A stretch of DNA of 64,000 nucleotides from a virus (Duplodnaviria; Caudoviricetes). The DNA lies in the IMG/VR virus record IMGVR_UViG_3300047567_000025, positions 128,001 to 192,000 of that record, one strand, 5' to 3'. The position numbers were made by a program, and so were the translations under genes. Shown in pieces: positions 51,933-63,200 of this stretch. The notes beneath the pieces are model-generated. The model saw only the letters and a list, made by a program, of their open reading frames with translations. It was not told where the DNA came from and did not search any database. Within the stretch, counting starts at the first letter, position 1; each line of letters starts with the position of its first letter.

Positions 51933-51949
51933 TTAAGCCACCTGCTATT

Positions 51950-52924
51950 TTAATTCATAGCTTCTGTTAATGTTGATACTGAATCACAATAACCTTTTAC
52001 GATTGAATCAGTTACAGAAGTAACATTTGCGGTCCATGTTTTAATATCATCATTAATTGATTCTGCTGCTCGAGAAATCTTTTTATCCTTACCAGCATCT
52101 GATGCACATAGTTTATCGATTTCAAGCTTTGCTGTTTTCTTTGCTGAAGTGCTTGCTGCAGCAATTACAGCCTTTGAAATATTAAGAACATCATAAATAC
52201 CCATAGCAAGATCACATACATCTGATGCCTTAACAGAATCAGTATAATGTGAATCCTGTGATACGATATTGTCAAATGCAATGAGTTTACCGCCATTAGA
52301 CAGATTGGATTCAACATCGCTTAAAGAAGTAACGGACTGATTACAGCCGCATGCAGATTTAAGTGATGATGTGTTTTTGACAGAATCTTCAATATTAACA
52401 CCATATGCTGCAAGTAAACAGCACATACCTTTTGCATAATTTGAAGCAATTTTAGCAGAGAATTTACCTTTGAGGAATTGCTTTTTATCGAATGACAGTT
52501 TTCCTTTGTCTTTTCCAATAGCAGTACATAATGGCTTCACGAATGAATTCTCAAAGTCACCAGAATCTGCAGAAATATTATATTTCTTACCAGCTGCAAG
52601 AATAAGCTTCATGCTCTTTTCAGTAGCTTCTTTTACCTTCTTTGCAGTTGCAACTACTAAGTCATAGAATGCAGCAAGCTCCTGATTAACGGATGCACAA
52701 GCAAGGCCGCGAGCCTTTTTAGGATCTGTTGGAAGTCCTACCTCAGCTGCTTCCTGAACAAAGTCATATGTTTCAGCCGAGCCGACTGGTAATTCTGAGA
52801 TTTTGTATGCTGCCTGGAAAATTGCATTAGATACTGCAACCTTACCAGCGGCTTCCTGAATAAATGCATCATGAACAGATGAATCACCAGTTGCCAAATC
52901 TAACATGAGATCTGAAACTTTCAT
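51950..52924 (-). CDS. Probable abundant head/internal protein (324 aa)
   Basis: FIQEA and FVQEA motifs near the N-terminus; Ala/Lys-rich; SD AAGGAG. Confidence 0.55.
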   Translation of the reverse strand: MKVSDLMLDLATGDSSVHDAFIQEAAGKVAVSNAIFQAAYKISELPVGSAETYDFVQEAAEVGLPTDPKKARGLACASVNQELAAFYDLVVATAKKVKEATEKSMKLILAAGKKYNISADSGDFENSFVKPLCTAIGKDKGKLSFDKKQFLKGKFSAKIASNYAKGMCCLLAAYGVNIEDSVKNTSSLKSACGCNQSVTSLSDVESNLSNGGKLIAFDNIVSQDSHYTDSVKASDVCDLAMGIYDVLNISKAVIAAASTSAKKTAKLEIDKLCASDAGKDKKISRAAESINDDIKTWTANVTSVTDSIVKGYCDSVSTLTEAMN

Positions 52925-53050
52925 AATTAAAAATCTCCTTTTTTACAATAATATTTTTACAAGGCATAAAGGTAAGAGCCCCCTAATACCATTATAAGTT
53001 GTAAATTTACAAATGAGTTGGGTGAATGAATAACTTAATACTATTATAGA

Positions 53051-53410
53051 TCAATCATCAGATAATGAATTTTTATACAGCAATTCATTTCTCTTATCAT
53101 CTTTGTATTTATTTATCATCTGATTTGCCTGATCTTTATAAGTATTAATTATATCCGTTTTAATTGATCTTTTCTGGATACCTGCTTGAACAAGATTATT
53201 ATATCGTGAATCGTTATCTCGTTTTGCAAGAAGCATTGCTATAACTGATACTGCAATATTGTTGACAGTATCATCTGTCAGTTTTATGGTATTCTTGATA
53301 TCGAGACCATTTTGCTCGGCTAAGTTCTGGAGCTGCTGATTCTTTGCTAGTCGTTCCATTAATTCACCAACCTTAGAAAAAATAACATCATCGGTCATAT
53401 TAACATTCAT
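53051..53410 (-). CDS. Hypothetical protein (119 aa)
   Basis: SD GAAAGGAG. Confidence 0.65.
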   Translation of the reverse strand: MNVNMTDDVIFSKVGELMERLAKNQQLQNLAEQNGLDIKNTIKLTDDTVNNIAVSVIAMLLAKRDNDSRYNNLVQAGIQKRSIKTDIINTYKDQANQMINKYKDDKRNELLYKNSLSDD

Positions 53411-53494
53411 AATACAAAGCCATCTCCTTTCATTAAAACTTTATTAATACGTGTGCCTTATGTTATCTTGTAATAAGGCACACGTATTCATTTT

Positions 53495-53743
53495 TTACGT
53501 ATCAGGTGATATAATACTGGGATCATTCAATAAATCAAAATAATCACGACACTTTATGCACCTAGCAATTTCTTCAAGTGTGTTCAATACGTGTGAATCA
53601 TTCTGAGTTGTGAATAATACATTCTTTCGATAGACATCTACGAACTTTTGTAATTGTTCCCCAAGATGTTGAAAGTCAATATCTTCAATCGTTTCAATAG
53701 ATCCTTGCTTGTCAGAATATAATATCATTTTATACAACCTCAT
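53495..53743 (-). CDS. Hypothetical protein (82 aa)
   Basis: ORF downstream of the early-type promoter motif at 53782-53800. Confidence 0.55.
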   Translation of the reverse strand: MRLYKMILYSDKQGSIETIEDIDFQHLGEQLQKFVDVYRKNVLFTTQNDSHVLNTLEEIARCIKCRDYFDLLNDPSIISPDT

Positions 53744-53815
53744 TTCTTTATGAACATTTCAAAAATGAATAACTTATTCATTTCATATTAATAATATAAA
53801 TACGGAGGGAAAAAA

Positions 53816-54247
53816 ATGTTTGATGTTAATAATAAAGATATTATTGTTAAATTAATTATGACAAAGGATGATGATATCGTAATACCATTATATGTTAAGA
53901 TATATAATATGAGATACTCTATATTGGAATTAAATGATATTACTGATTTTGATGCGTCTTCCTTTAAAGTTGGCTTTGGCACATCTACATCTTTTCTATT
54001 AAAGAATTCATTTCCAGATAAGAATATTTTTGATTTTGATAACATATCAACATTTATCGAATTTGATGAGAAACTTAATTCAAATATAATTTATCGTGTA
54101 TTTGAGTCTGCACACGCAAATGGAGGTGATGTTGTACATAAGCAAATTAATAAATATTATGAAATGTTGAATAATTATGTTTCTAATCTTGCAATTGAAA
54201 AAAAGAAAGAATTAATAAAGAAAACAATGGAAGAATATTCTTCATAA
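53816..54247 (+). CDS. Hypothetical protein (143 aa)
   Basis: SD GGAGG. Confidence 0.7.
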   Translation: MFDVNNKDIIVKLIMTKDDDIVIPLYVKIYNMRYSILELNDITDFDASSFKVGFGTSTSFLLKNSFPDKNIFDFDNISTFIEFDEKLNSNIIYRVFESAHANGGDVVHKQINKYYEMLNNYVSNLAIEKKKELIKKTMEEYSS

Positions 54248-54770
54248 TTTTTTTATTTTCTAAACATATATTTTTATAATGTAGGGGTTGATGTAATATA
54301 GTGATAATTACATCAGTGAAAGAGGTGAGGATATTAGATAATTAAAGATTAGAAAGCTAAGTAAGCTAATATTACATTTCTATTCCTTAATTTCTATTTT
54401 TTTATTTTCTAAACATATATTTTTATAATGTAGGGGTTGATGTAATATAGTGATAATTACATCAATGGAAAAGTTGTGATATTAGATAATTAAAGATTAG
54501 AAAGCTAAGTAAGCTTAATAAGCTAATTAAAGCTAATATTACATTTCTATTCCTTAATTTCTATATTTTCTAAACATATATTTTTATAATGTAGGGGTTG
54601 ATGTAATATAGTGATAATTACATCAATGGAAAAGTTGTGATATTAACTAATTAAAACTAAATAAGCTTAATAAGCTAATTAAAGCTAATATTACATTTCT
54701 ATTTCTATTTTTTTATTTTCTAAACATATATTTTTATAATGTAGGGCAGTGATGATATAGTGGTAATTAT
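54248..54770 (+). repeat. Cluster 3 of the ~145-bp repeat (3 full copies plus a degenerate 4th leading into the primase gene)
   Basis: Core at ~54258, 54407 and 54568; the copy at ~54718 diverges after TATAATGTAGGG. Confidence 0.97.
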
Positions 54771-54797
54771 GTATAGTATGAGAGGATGAAAATATGA

Positions 54798-55739
54798 ATG
54801 AATGATAAAGACATAGAGTACAAAGAGAAGCTACTAGCATCTGGTATATTCCGTAGAGTTGGTGTTAGTGAGCGATATACTTGTCAATGTCCTTTTTGCA
54901 ATGATAACAAAAGACACATGTATGTACTAATAAGACTGACTGATGATACACCATGCTTGTATCGATGTTTCAAATGTGAAGCTAAAGGTAAAATGAATAA
55001 GCAATTTTTAGAGTATTTTGGTATTGACAATATATCGATACCACGAACATCAACTCGACGTAAAATTGATATAGACAAAGCATCCACTACATCAAATCTT
55101 ACACTTGTCAATGAAAATGATACCTATAATATTAACTTTGCATGCTCATACATTGAATCAAGAGTTGGCCATTATCCATCAATAGCAGAACTTCAATATT
55201 TTCAATTTATATCAAACCCACAATCATACGCTAACGAATTTCTTGGTGATAATAAGGAATCCAATTATTTTAAAGATCGATCATGGTTTAAATTGACAAA
55301 TGGAAATATCATGGGCAGATATAAAGATGATACTACAAATTATCGTTGGCTGCGATATAAGTCTCAACGAGTTACGGATAAAGGCTTATATACTTTCAAG
55401 ATGCCATTTGATTTATATCAACCAATAAACGTATATATTGCAGAAGGTGCTTTTGATTTAATTGGCTTATATTATAATCATAAGCGTGATAATAATATTT
55501 ATATTGCATCATTAGGTAGAGACTATGTCAGTTGCATTCGATATCTCATATCTATTGGCATATTCGGAATAAGCGTCAATATATTCATATTTAAAGATGC
55601 TGATGTCCCTGCAAGTTCGATATATATCAACAAGAATATGCGATCATTATTTAACAAGATTGATATATATCAAAATATATTGGCGAAAGATTATGGTGTA
55701 ATGCCGAATGATCTTGAAATACAAAAATGCATAATATAA
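54798..55739 (+). CDS. DNA primase (DnaG/T4 gp61-like)
   Basis: CPFC...CFKC Zn-binding domain; TOPRIM AEGAFD and FKDAD; KDYG. Confidence 0.85.
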   Translation: MNDKDIEYKEKLLASGIFRRVGVSERYTCQCPFCNDNKRHMYVLIRLTDDTPCLYRCFKCEAKGKMNKQFLEYFGIDNISIPRTSTRRKIDIDKASTTSNLTLVNENDTYNINFACSYIESRVGHYPSIAELQYFQFISNPQSYANEFLGDNKESNYFKDRSWFKLTNGNIMGRYKDDTTNYRWLRYKSQRVTDKGLYTFKMPFDLYQPINVYIAEGAFDLIGLYYNHKRDNNIYIASLGRDYVSCIRYLISIGIFGISVNIFIFKDADVPASSIYINKNMRSLFNKIDIYQNILAKDYGVMPNDLEIQKCII

Positions 55740-55758
55740 GAAAGAAAGGATATATAAT

Positions 55759-56247
55759 ATGGAAAGAATTTCAAAAACTGAATACTATTTAAAAATTGCA
55801 GAGGCTGTCGCTATGAGAGGTACGTGCTTACGACGCAAATATGGCTCTATTATTGTCAAAGATGATAGAGTTGTATCATCAGGATATGCAGGAGCCCCAA
55901 CAGGTCGTATGAATTGTTGTGAAATTGGAACTTGCGTTCGTGAGATTAATAATATACCGAGAGGAACTCATTATGAGTTGTGCAGATCGGTACATTCTGA
56001 AATGAATGCTATAATACAAGCATCTCCTGAAGAGCTTAAAGATGCCACATTATATCTCGTTGGAATTGAATATAATTCAGGAGATTATGTTAAAGATGCA
56101 AATTGTTGTGCAATGTGCAAAAGAGTTATAATAAATGCCGGTATAAAGAATGTCATCATTCGAACAGAGTCGGATCATTATAAAACTATTAACGTGAAAG
56201 AATGGGTTGATGATGATGATAGTCTTAATTTAATAGCCGGATATTAA
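55759..56247 (+). CDS. dCMP deaminase
   Basis: RGTCLRRKYGS, HSEMNAI and CCAMCKR Zn motifs. Confidence 0.9.
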   Translation: MERISKTEYYLKIAEAVAMRGTCLRRKYGSIIVKDDRVVSSGYAGAPTGRMNCCEIGTCVREINNIPRGTHYELCRSVHSEMNAIIQASPEELKDATLYLVGIEYNSGDYVKDANCCAMCKRVIINAGIKNVIIRTESDHYKTINVKEWVDDDDSLNLIAGY

Positions 56248-56268
56248 TGATTAATGGAGGAATTTTTA

Positions 56269-56646
56269 ATGAAGAATGAAGTATGCAATAGGTCTGTAAA
56301 GATACTTGAAATGGAAAACTGCCTTGTCGATATATCCGATAACACTAAGAAATTGAATGTTGGTCAATTTTATAAATGCATAACGACAATCAATTCATAT
56401 TCTTATAAAATGATACATGTTTCTGATGATGAGACTGATCAAAAATATGGTATGATGAGTGTATATTTTACTGCTAATGATATTGATTGTCAATCTCTTA
56501 TTGTATCAGCCAATGACATTAATGAAATTAAACTTGCATCTGATGAAAATGATTTGTTTGAAATAATTTTTAAATGTTTAAATTTTGATATAAAAAAATC
56601 TGCATTCGTTAATATCGTATCAATAAAGCATATGAAAAATAATTAA
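56269..56646 (+). CDS. Hypothetical protein
   Basis: Start after SD GGAGG, in frame with track ORF 56254..56646. Confidence 0.65.
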   Translation: MKNEVCNRSVKILEMENCLVDISDNTKKLNVGQFYKCITTINSYSYKMIHVSDDETDQKYGMMSVYFTANDIDCQSLIVSANDINEIKLASDENDLFEIIFKCLNFDIKKSAFVNIVSIKHMKNN

Positions 56647-56665
56647 TATTATGGAGGAATTTTTA

Positions 56666-56782
56666 ATGAAGAATGTAATCTCATTTATAACAGTAACCAT
56701 CGTTGGATATATCATTGGATATGTTCTCGAAAATATAATAACAAACAAGTTCACTGTTGATGATACTATATTCAAAAGATAA
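56666..56782 (+). CDS. Small single-TM protein (38 aa), not in the ORF track
   Basis: SD GGAGG; MKNVISFITVTIVGYIIGYVLENIITNK... Confidence 0.55.
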   Translation: MKNVISFITVTIVGYIIGYVLENIITNKFTVDDTIFKR

Positions 56783-56808
56783 TAATATCATTGACCAATA
56801 TAACAAAA

Positions 56809-56834
56809 ATAGTGGGGCATTAAGCCCCACTATT
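56809..56834. terminator. Bidirectional terminator
   Basis: ATAGTGGGGC-attaa-GCCCCACTAT. Confidence 0.8.
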
Positions 56835-56845
56835 ATGTTATTTTT

Positions 56846-59800
56846 TTATATTTTATTCCACGTACCTGTGTCAGAATTAAATAACTTTAATGAAATATCA
56901 GTACCAACTGTATCAATTACAACACTTTTTGCATTTAAAACATTACCAGATTCATCAGTAATATTTGCGTCATTGGAAATGTTGCTACACCTAATTGCTT
57001 GAAGCCTTACTGGGTTAAATGCCATACCACTTTTGTTTGTAATTGTAAATGTATTTACCCTTGGAAATACCAGTTGCCATACACCCATTGGCTGATGTAA
57101 TGCATCTATATTTGATATATTTGTATTAATACTGATAAATTCGGTTAATTTTGGCTGCTGATATATTGGATCTTTATCAGTATAAGTTTCATTTATCTGT
57201 GCTGGATTATTTGTGAGAATATTATAATTTAATACTCCGGTTACTGAATCAACAAGCTGTGGAAATGTCGATGATCCATCTACAGTATTTCTAAAGTCAA
57301 CATCAGCCCAAGTGATATTTTCAGTTGTCATTCCAAAATCATATGATGTTTTGTCGATAAAGTATGTTTCATGTCTGCTGGATTTTGGATTATATGTCCA
57401 CATCATAGCACCAACTTTATCAACATTCCAAACAATAGTTGTTGATTGATTTGAATGTACATAATTATTACAATTTAAAGAATTCTTTGGTAGCATTGTT
57501 GTTGAATCAGTCGTCATGAAATTATTAAAAGAACGGCTAATAACACCAGCAACAATTTCTAATACTGATGTATCATTCTGAGAAGTACTGTTCCATCTCC
57601 ATACGACATATGAGTCATATCGTGCTATAGCGTTTAATGCAGCAATAACATCTGTTATATTGTGACGGGCAATTTTGATTTTACGAAGACCTGTGCAATA
57701 AAATTTTGACATGTCAATTCGTGTATAAGCATCATCTTCATTAGAGCTAATTGTTGATTTTAATGGAGATTTTGTTTCATCAATGATATTAATAAATGAT
57801 GCAGTTGAAAACGCTAATACTGTTGTTGGATCTTTGTATTTTTCTTGTTTAGCAGTCATGATGTTTCTCATAGATGGAATAATCGAATTAATATATGATT
57901 CTTGTGTTGATACATTAATTCCTTTTGACGTTGATGATTGCTCAAATTCTGATATAAGAACTGACCTATTCCATTCACCCATTTTTGGCGTTGATGTATC
58001 TTCTGTATTAATATCATATTGCCATAACCATAATCCATCTGATTCACGGGAAAATGCAAATAGGTTGTCAAATATTTCGCCTTTATGTGTTATTATAGAA
58101 GAATATTCATTAATCATAAATCTAAACTTAAGGCCGACACCATTTCCTGTTAATGGAGATGTACCATATGGCTCCGTATATCCAGTCATATCAGCAGTCA
58201 TACTAAAGTTTGATAGATTTATATTAGTACTATCAGCAGGTGTTACACCAAGTTCTGTTACATTTCCATCTGTACCAACTTTTGTTACTGTATAATGGAA
58301 AGCAAAACCTCCTACAATAACAACACCGATATCTCCAACGGCATATCCAGTTCCTTGCTCCGTAATATTGCCAATTGTGACATTTGCTGGATTGACCATT
58401 GGATTGATATTTTCGTAATGACGAAAATCATTATGATCTACTAAATCAACGGCTTTTAATCCCTCATATGGTTGAGTAAACACAAAATCATTGTGTTCAC
58501 CATATCGTGAATTCGGATCGTTTACGGGTACTCCATATTTATCGAGAGCAGTTGGTCTGACCCATCTATCTCCAAGTATATTATATAATCGATCTTTGTC
58601 TGCTGATTTATATGAAGCTTCTGATCTAACATATTGCTTATCAACAACTTGTGTTGGAGATAAACCTGATATACCAGATAACTGCATTACTGATGTTGGT
58701 ACATCACATATTCGAGCAACTGTTCTTGCTGGCTTTGGATATTTGGATGTAGCATTATTTTCATACTCAATACTGTCATTTGAAATAATATATCCTCGAC
58801 CACGTTCATCATTGCTAGTTTCATCAGTCGAATCTTTTGTTTTCATTTTTCCAGGGTCAAGCAAGATAGCAGCGACCTGTCGACTATTAGGAATGTCAGG
58901 AGTATAAGTTGGAGTATTGTGTATTGCATATATTGCCATATGTTGCGGTACGGCACCTTCATCAATATTAGTCAGCCATTTAGGTAGGCCATCCCATTTG
59001 TTTAAATCATATGGGTATCTATCGTATATGTCAGATGTCATATTCGATGATCCCATTCTAACACCAGCATATCCAACATCATTTGTCGATGTTGCAAAAG
59101 AAACATTCTCATCAAAATGAACATTAAATGCTTCTGTTAATGGTGATTGTGCGACCTGTAAGCAATTAGTATCAAACACTGATAATGAAATAGTTGCGGT
59201 TGTATCTTTTCTAACCCATTGTACTTTATCCAGCGATAATGTTATGATATCATTATCTGTACATGTCACTCCTATAGCTGTAGATGTTCCATCTTTATTT
59301 ACCATTGATATTGATGTCGGGTCTATTGGAATATCCGCATCGGACGATACTCCTGAAAAAGTATATCCAGATTTACAAGTACATTGAAGAGTATAGTTAC
59401 TTGTAGCTGTACCATCAGGTGTAGCATTACAATTACCATCAATCCCAGCATACAATTTAGCATTATATTTTGACGAATTACCAGAATTTGATATGAACAT
59501 TAACTGATTTCCTGCAGAGTTTATGTTATGTGAAAATGTCATTGTTGGACCAACATCCGTTTGATCACAAGTAAACCAATATAATGGATAACCTATTAGA
59601 CCATCATCATTAACAGCCAATGTTTCATAGACACCATCACCTTTTGATTCAATGCTGAGTGGTTGTAGGGCTTCTGTTAATGGATAATAATATACAGTAT
59701 TTGTTATGCTACTATCAAAGTCAAGTGTTCGCTCGATTGAATATGCTCCATCAGGACCAATCATCATAACAGTTGGTGTGGTAGATGTCTTTAGCCATCT

Positions 59801-60250
59801 ACCACAGAAAACATCAGATGTGTTGATGCTTCCTCCAAAAAGTATTGTACATTCTTTGCAATCTTTAAATTTAATTTTATAATTTTTATATTGAACAATA
59901 CCTCCGACGTTTAATGGATATTCTGTCGATGTTATACGAGCAAACATTAATCCATTTACCATTGATGAATATGCAAACGCAGATGAATATATTGATAAAA
60001 TTTTTGATGATGCTGTATTGACATATTTAATAGAAGCGACGCTATCATTTTTAAATGGCATCTTTTCTGTTTCTATAATAATATCAGATCCAATATTATC
60101 GATTTGACCTAGGAAAACATCACCTGTATATTTATCTTGCAACTGCTTTTTTTTATCTGTTTTTAATAACCAATGTTTTTTCTCTTGCTCTAATATTAGA
60201 GCAAGATCATTATATCCGAGAAACCAATATATTTTATCTGGAATAGACAT
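56846..60250 (-). CDS. Large tail/baseplate-associated structural protein (1134 aa)
   Basis: Paralogue of 60250..63885; GTGYAVGD motif; S/T/N-rich. Confidence 0.6.
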   Translation of the reverse strand: MSIPDKIYWFLGYNDLALILEQEKKHWLLKTDKKKQLQDKYTGDVFLGQIDNIGSDIIIETEKMPFKNDSVASIKYVNTASSKILSIYSSAFAYSSMVNGLMFARITSTEYPLNVGGIVQYKNYKIKFKDCKECTILFGGSINTSDVFCGRWLKTSTTPTVMMIGPDGAYSIERTLDFDSSITNTVYYYPLTEALQPLSIESKGDGVYETLAVNDDGLIGYPLYWFTCDQTDVGPTMTFSHNINSAGNQLMFISNSGNSSKYNAKLYAGIDGNCNATPDGTATSNYTLQCTCKSGYTFSGVSSDADIPIDPTSISMVNKDGTSTAIGVTCTDNDIITLSLDKVQWVRKDTTATISLSVFDTNCLQVAQSPLTEAFNVHFDENVSFATSTNDVGYAGVRMGSSNMTSDIYDRYPYDLNKWDGLPKWLTNIDEGAVPQHMAIYAIHNTPTYTPDIPNSRQVAAILLDPGKMKTKDSTDETSNDERGRGYIISNDSIEYENNATSKYPKPARTVARICDVPTSVMQLSGISGLSPTQVVDKQYVRSEASYKSADKDRLYNILGDRWVRPTALDKYGVPVNDPNSRYGEHNDFVFTQPYEGLKAVDLVDHNDFRHYENINPMVNPANVTIGNITEQGTGYAVGDIGVVIVGGFAFHYTVTKVGTDGNVTELGVTPADSTNINLSNFSMTADMTGYTEPYGTSPLTGNGVGLKFRFMINEYSSIITHKGEIFDNLFAFSRESDGLWLWQYDINTEDTSTPKMGEWNRSVLISEFEQSSTSKGINVSTQESYINSIIPSMRNIMTAKQEKYKDPTTVLAFSTASFINIIDETKSPLKSTISSNEDDAYTRIDMSKFYCTGLRKIKIARHNITDVIAALNAIARYDSYVVWRWNSTSQNDTSVLEIVAGVISRSFNNFMTTDSTTMLPKNSLNCNNYVHSNQSTTIVWNVDKVGAMMWTYNPKSSRHETYFIDKTSYDFGMTTENITWADVDFRNTVDGSSTFPQLVDSVTGVLNYNILTNNPAQINETYTDKDPIYQQPKLTEFISINTNISNIDALHQPMGVWQLVFPRVNTFTITNKSGMAFNPVRLQAIRCSNISNDANITDESGNVLNAKSVVIDTVGTDISLKLFNSDTGTWNKI

Positions 60251-63200
60251 TATGAAGCCTCCCTATTTATTTTTACCCATTCAGAGCTGATATATATGTA
60301 TAATGCGTTATTATAAATTATCAATGAATGTCTAGATATATCATTTCCTGAATTATCCATTATAACAAACCCATCTAATGATGATATTGATATTGCATCA
60401 TCAATTTTAAATATAAATAATTCTTCAGATATATTTGATTTATTATTTAAATAAATCTTCGGATTATATATGTATGATAAAATGTCATAACCTCCGGTTG
60501 GCTGTTCACCAATTCCATCATACGACCCATTAATATATTTAACAACCGATTCTCCGGCTTTTCGTAATATTGAAATATTATTTCGATTATATATAGGGCT
60601 ATCATATTTATTCATTATAATATAATCTATTAGCATCTCATCAGAATATTTATATGATGAATCTTCATATATAATAGGCTCTGAATATGTACTAATTTCC
60701 GAAGATATTATAGCTAATAATTCTTTATGGGTTTTTGTTTTAAGATTATTGATATATGTTGATCTCCAATCTGGCTCTTTGAATTCATTATATTGGTATA
60801 CGTTATATGGCAATATTCCATCTGATGCTTTAAAATCAAACTTTGAACCAAATACGTCATTAAATGTTAATTTACGCTCTTTTGATAATAAATAAGTATC
60901 AGTTGTCAACGGCTCGTATGTTTGTATATGATTTTTCTTTGGATTAAATACCATCGGCAAAGGTTGATAATCTTTGACATTTTCATCTATTGAGTATGAT
61001 ACCATATTGGATATATTATAATATTTTCTAAGATTTACTTTGTGTAATTTTGGTAAAATATACTCACCTGATATAGGAGGATACATTGTAAATGTTTCCA
61101 ATTGATGGTTATTTCCTATTTCTTGTGATGGCTCTACGACATAATACGTGTTCTGTAAGTTCACATACTCTGATATGATTGCGGATGTTAGGTCATCATT
61201 AATATTAACTGAACTCGAAATTTCTGTTTGTAATTTGGAATTATTTACGATAATATCTTTCCAAAAAGAAGTATTGTTTTTATTCGTCTGATTTATGATA
61301 TTATTAATAATAGCATCTGATATTGAATAACCTTTGTCTCGAGATTCATCATAATAGTTAACCGGTATTTCTGCATTTGTAAACTGAGTATGCTCATGCC
61401 ACTGTCCATTATCATATGTCCATATCCACAAAGTTCCATATCTGTCAAATTTGAATGCATATAATCCATTAAAATAATCAGTAGATTTTATTGGCTGTAA
61501 AGCATTCCAATCTGACTCATCAATTGTCAATTTTACAGTTAATCCAGTTCCAGAGCCAGATAGTTTTGTCGTGGTATAATCCGATATTCGAGATTGGATA
61601 TTACTTATATTAATTTTTGATGCATCATTATTATCTTCAATAGTAATTGTTACTGCAATTCCTAAATCTGATGTCAATACAGTTCCATTAAAATATATAC
61701 CGCCTATATTAAAGGTGAATCTATCACCATTAGCATACCCAGAACCGCCATTAAGAACTTCGAATTTATAATTAGTCGACGTTGATGGTTTTGATATATC
61801 TGATGTCATATTCATTCGTGTCATAGGATGATATTGTGAGTTTATTGATTCATCTTTGAATATTGTATTTATATCGGTACTATAATCAAATATGATATTA
61901 TCTTTATCACGTAATAGAACTGATGCTTTATTATTATACAACATATCTTGATCGATAGCTGTATATGGAACTTCGGTTCTGACATATTGCTTATCAATAA
62001 CTATTGGCGGTGCAACATATGTAATATTTGTTAATTGAATAAATGATGTCGGAATATCACATACTCGACATATTGTTCGTGCCGGCTTGCGTTGTTTTGA
62101 TGTTTCATTGTTATCATAATACTCTTCATCATTTGATATATAATATACACGACCCATTCCAATAAATGGATCAAAAGACATCATGCCAGTTGAAAATACT
62201 CGATTTCCATGATATACGAATTTAGGCATTAATTTATAACGTACTATATCCGAGTTTCCAAAAGTATTTCCATCAACAAATACGATTTCTGATAAGCTAT
62301 TATTAGGCGATATACTTTCGCCATATGTTTTATACAATCTTCCAGTATCCCAATCATATTTTATTATGAGATTCAAATTGGCAAGAATACCGATTACATC
62401 GTTTTGTGGAACTGCTGAATCAACAATAATGCCAGAGAGTTGTTTATCAGTAACCTTCTGATTTGTATTATTTAAGTCATCGCGTATTGAATATAATTCA
62501 ACATGTGAACGATGAATCGTTCTATCCATCATGTATCTGAAGTATGGAGGGAGTCCTTCGAAATCACCGATATTATGTATAGTACCATTTTTCTTAGAAA
62601 TGCTATTATCTGAATAATCTGATGATGAATCTACATGGAGTCCTGAATAAGCATTTTCACAGATTCCTTCATATTGATGAAGATATTTATCATCAAATTC
62701 AATGACAAATGCTGATAGAAGTTGTTTCTTAGTATCTGCGCTATATTCAGGATAGTTATTACTAAAGCTTGTCATTGGTATATATGCGTAACATGTATTT
62801 TTATATGTCGTTCCATCATAATCATAGTCACCAACAGATGGTGACTTAAAAGACCATTCTACATCTTTACTTAGCGTGATATGAATGAATGATTGATCAA
62901 ATGTAATGATATTCTCAACAGATGGTGCTGTACTGATTGAATTAGATTTCATGAATATTATCTTTGATATTGGTATATAATAATTATTTACATTATTAAC
63001 AGATTTCACAAAACTATTGCCATCAACTGGCATAACCTTGATGAACCAACTATCATCAACAATATCACCTGACGGAGTATTGTTAGATCCATATACCAAT
63101 GGATATATTTTTGATATATCATGTCCATCTGTTCCTATTGTAAGCAAATTATTATTATTCGAATCAAGGTTATTCTTAAATGATATATCAGGATATAATC

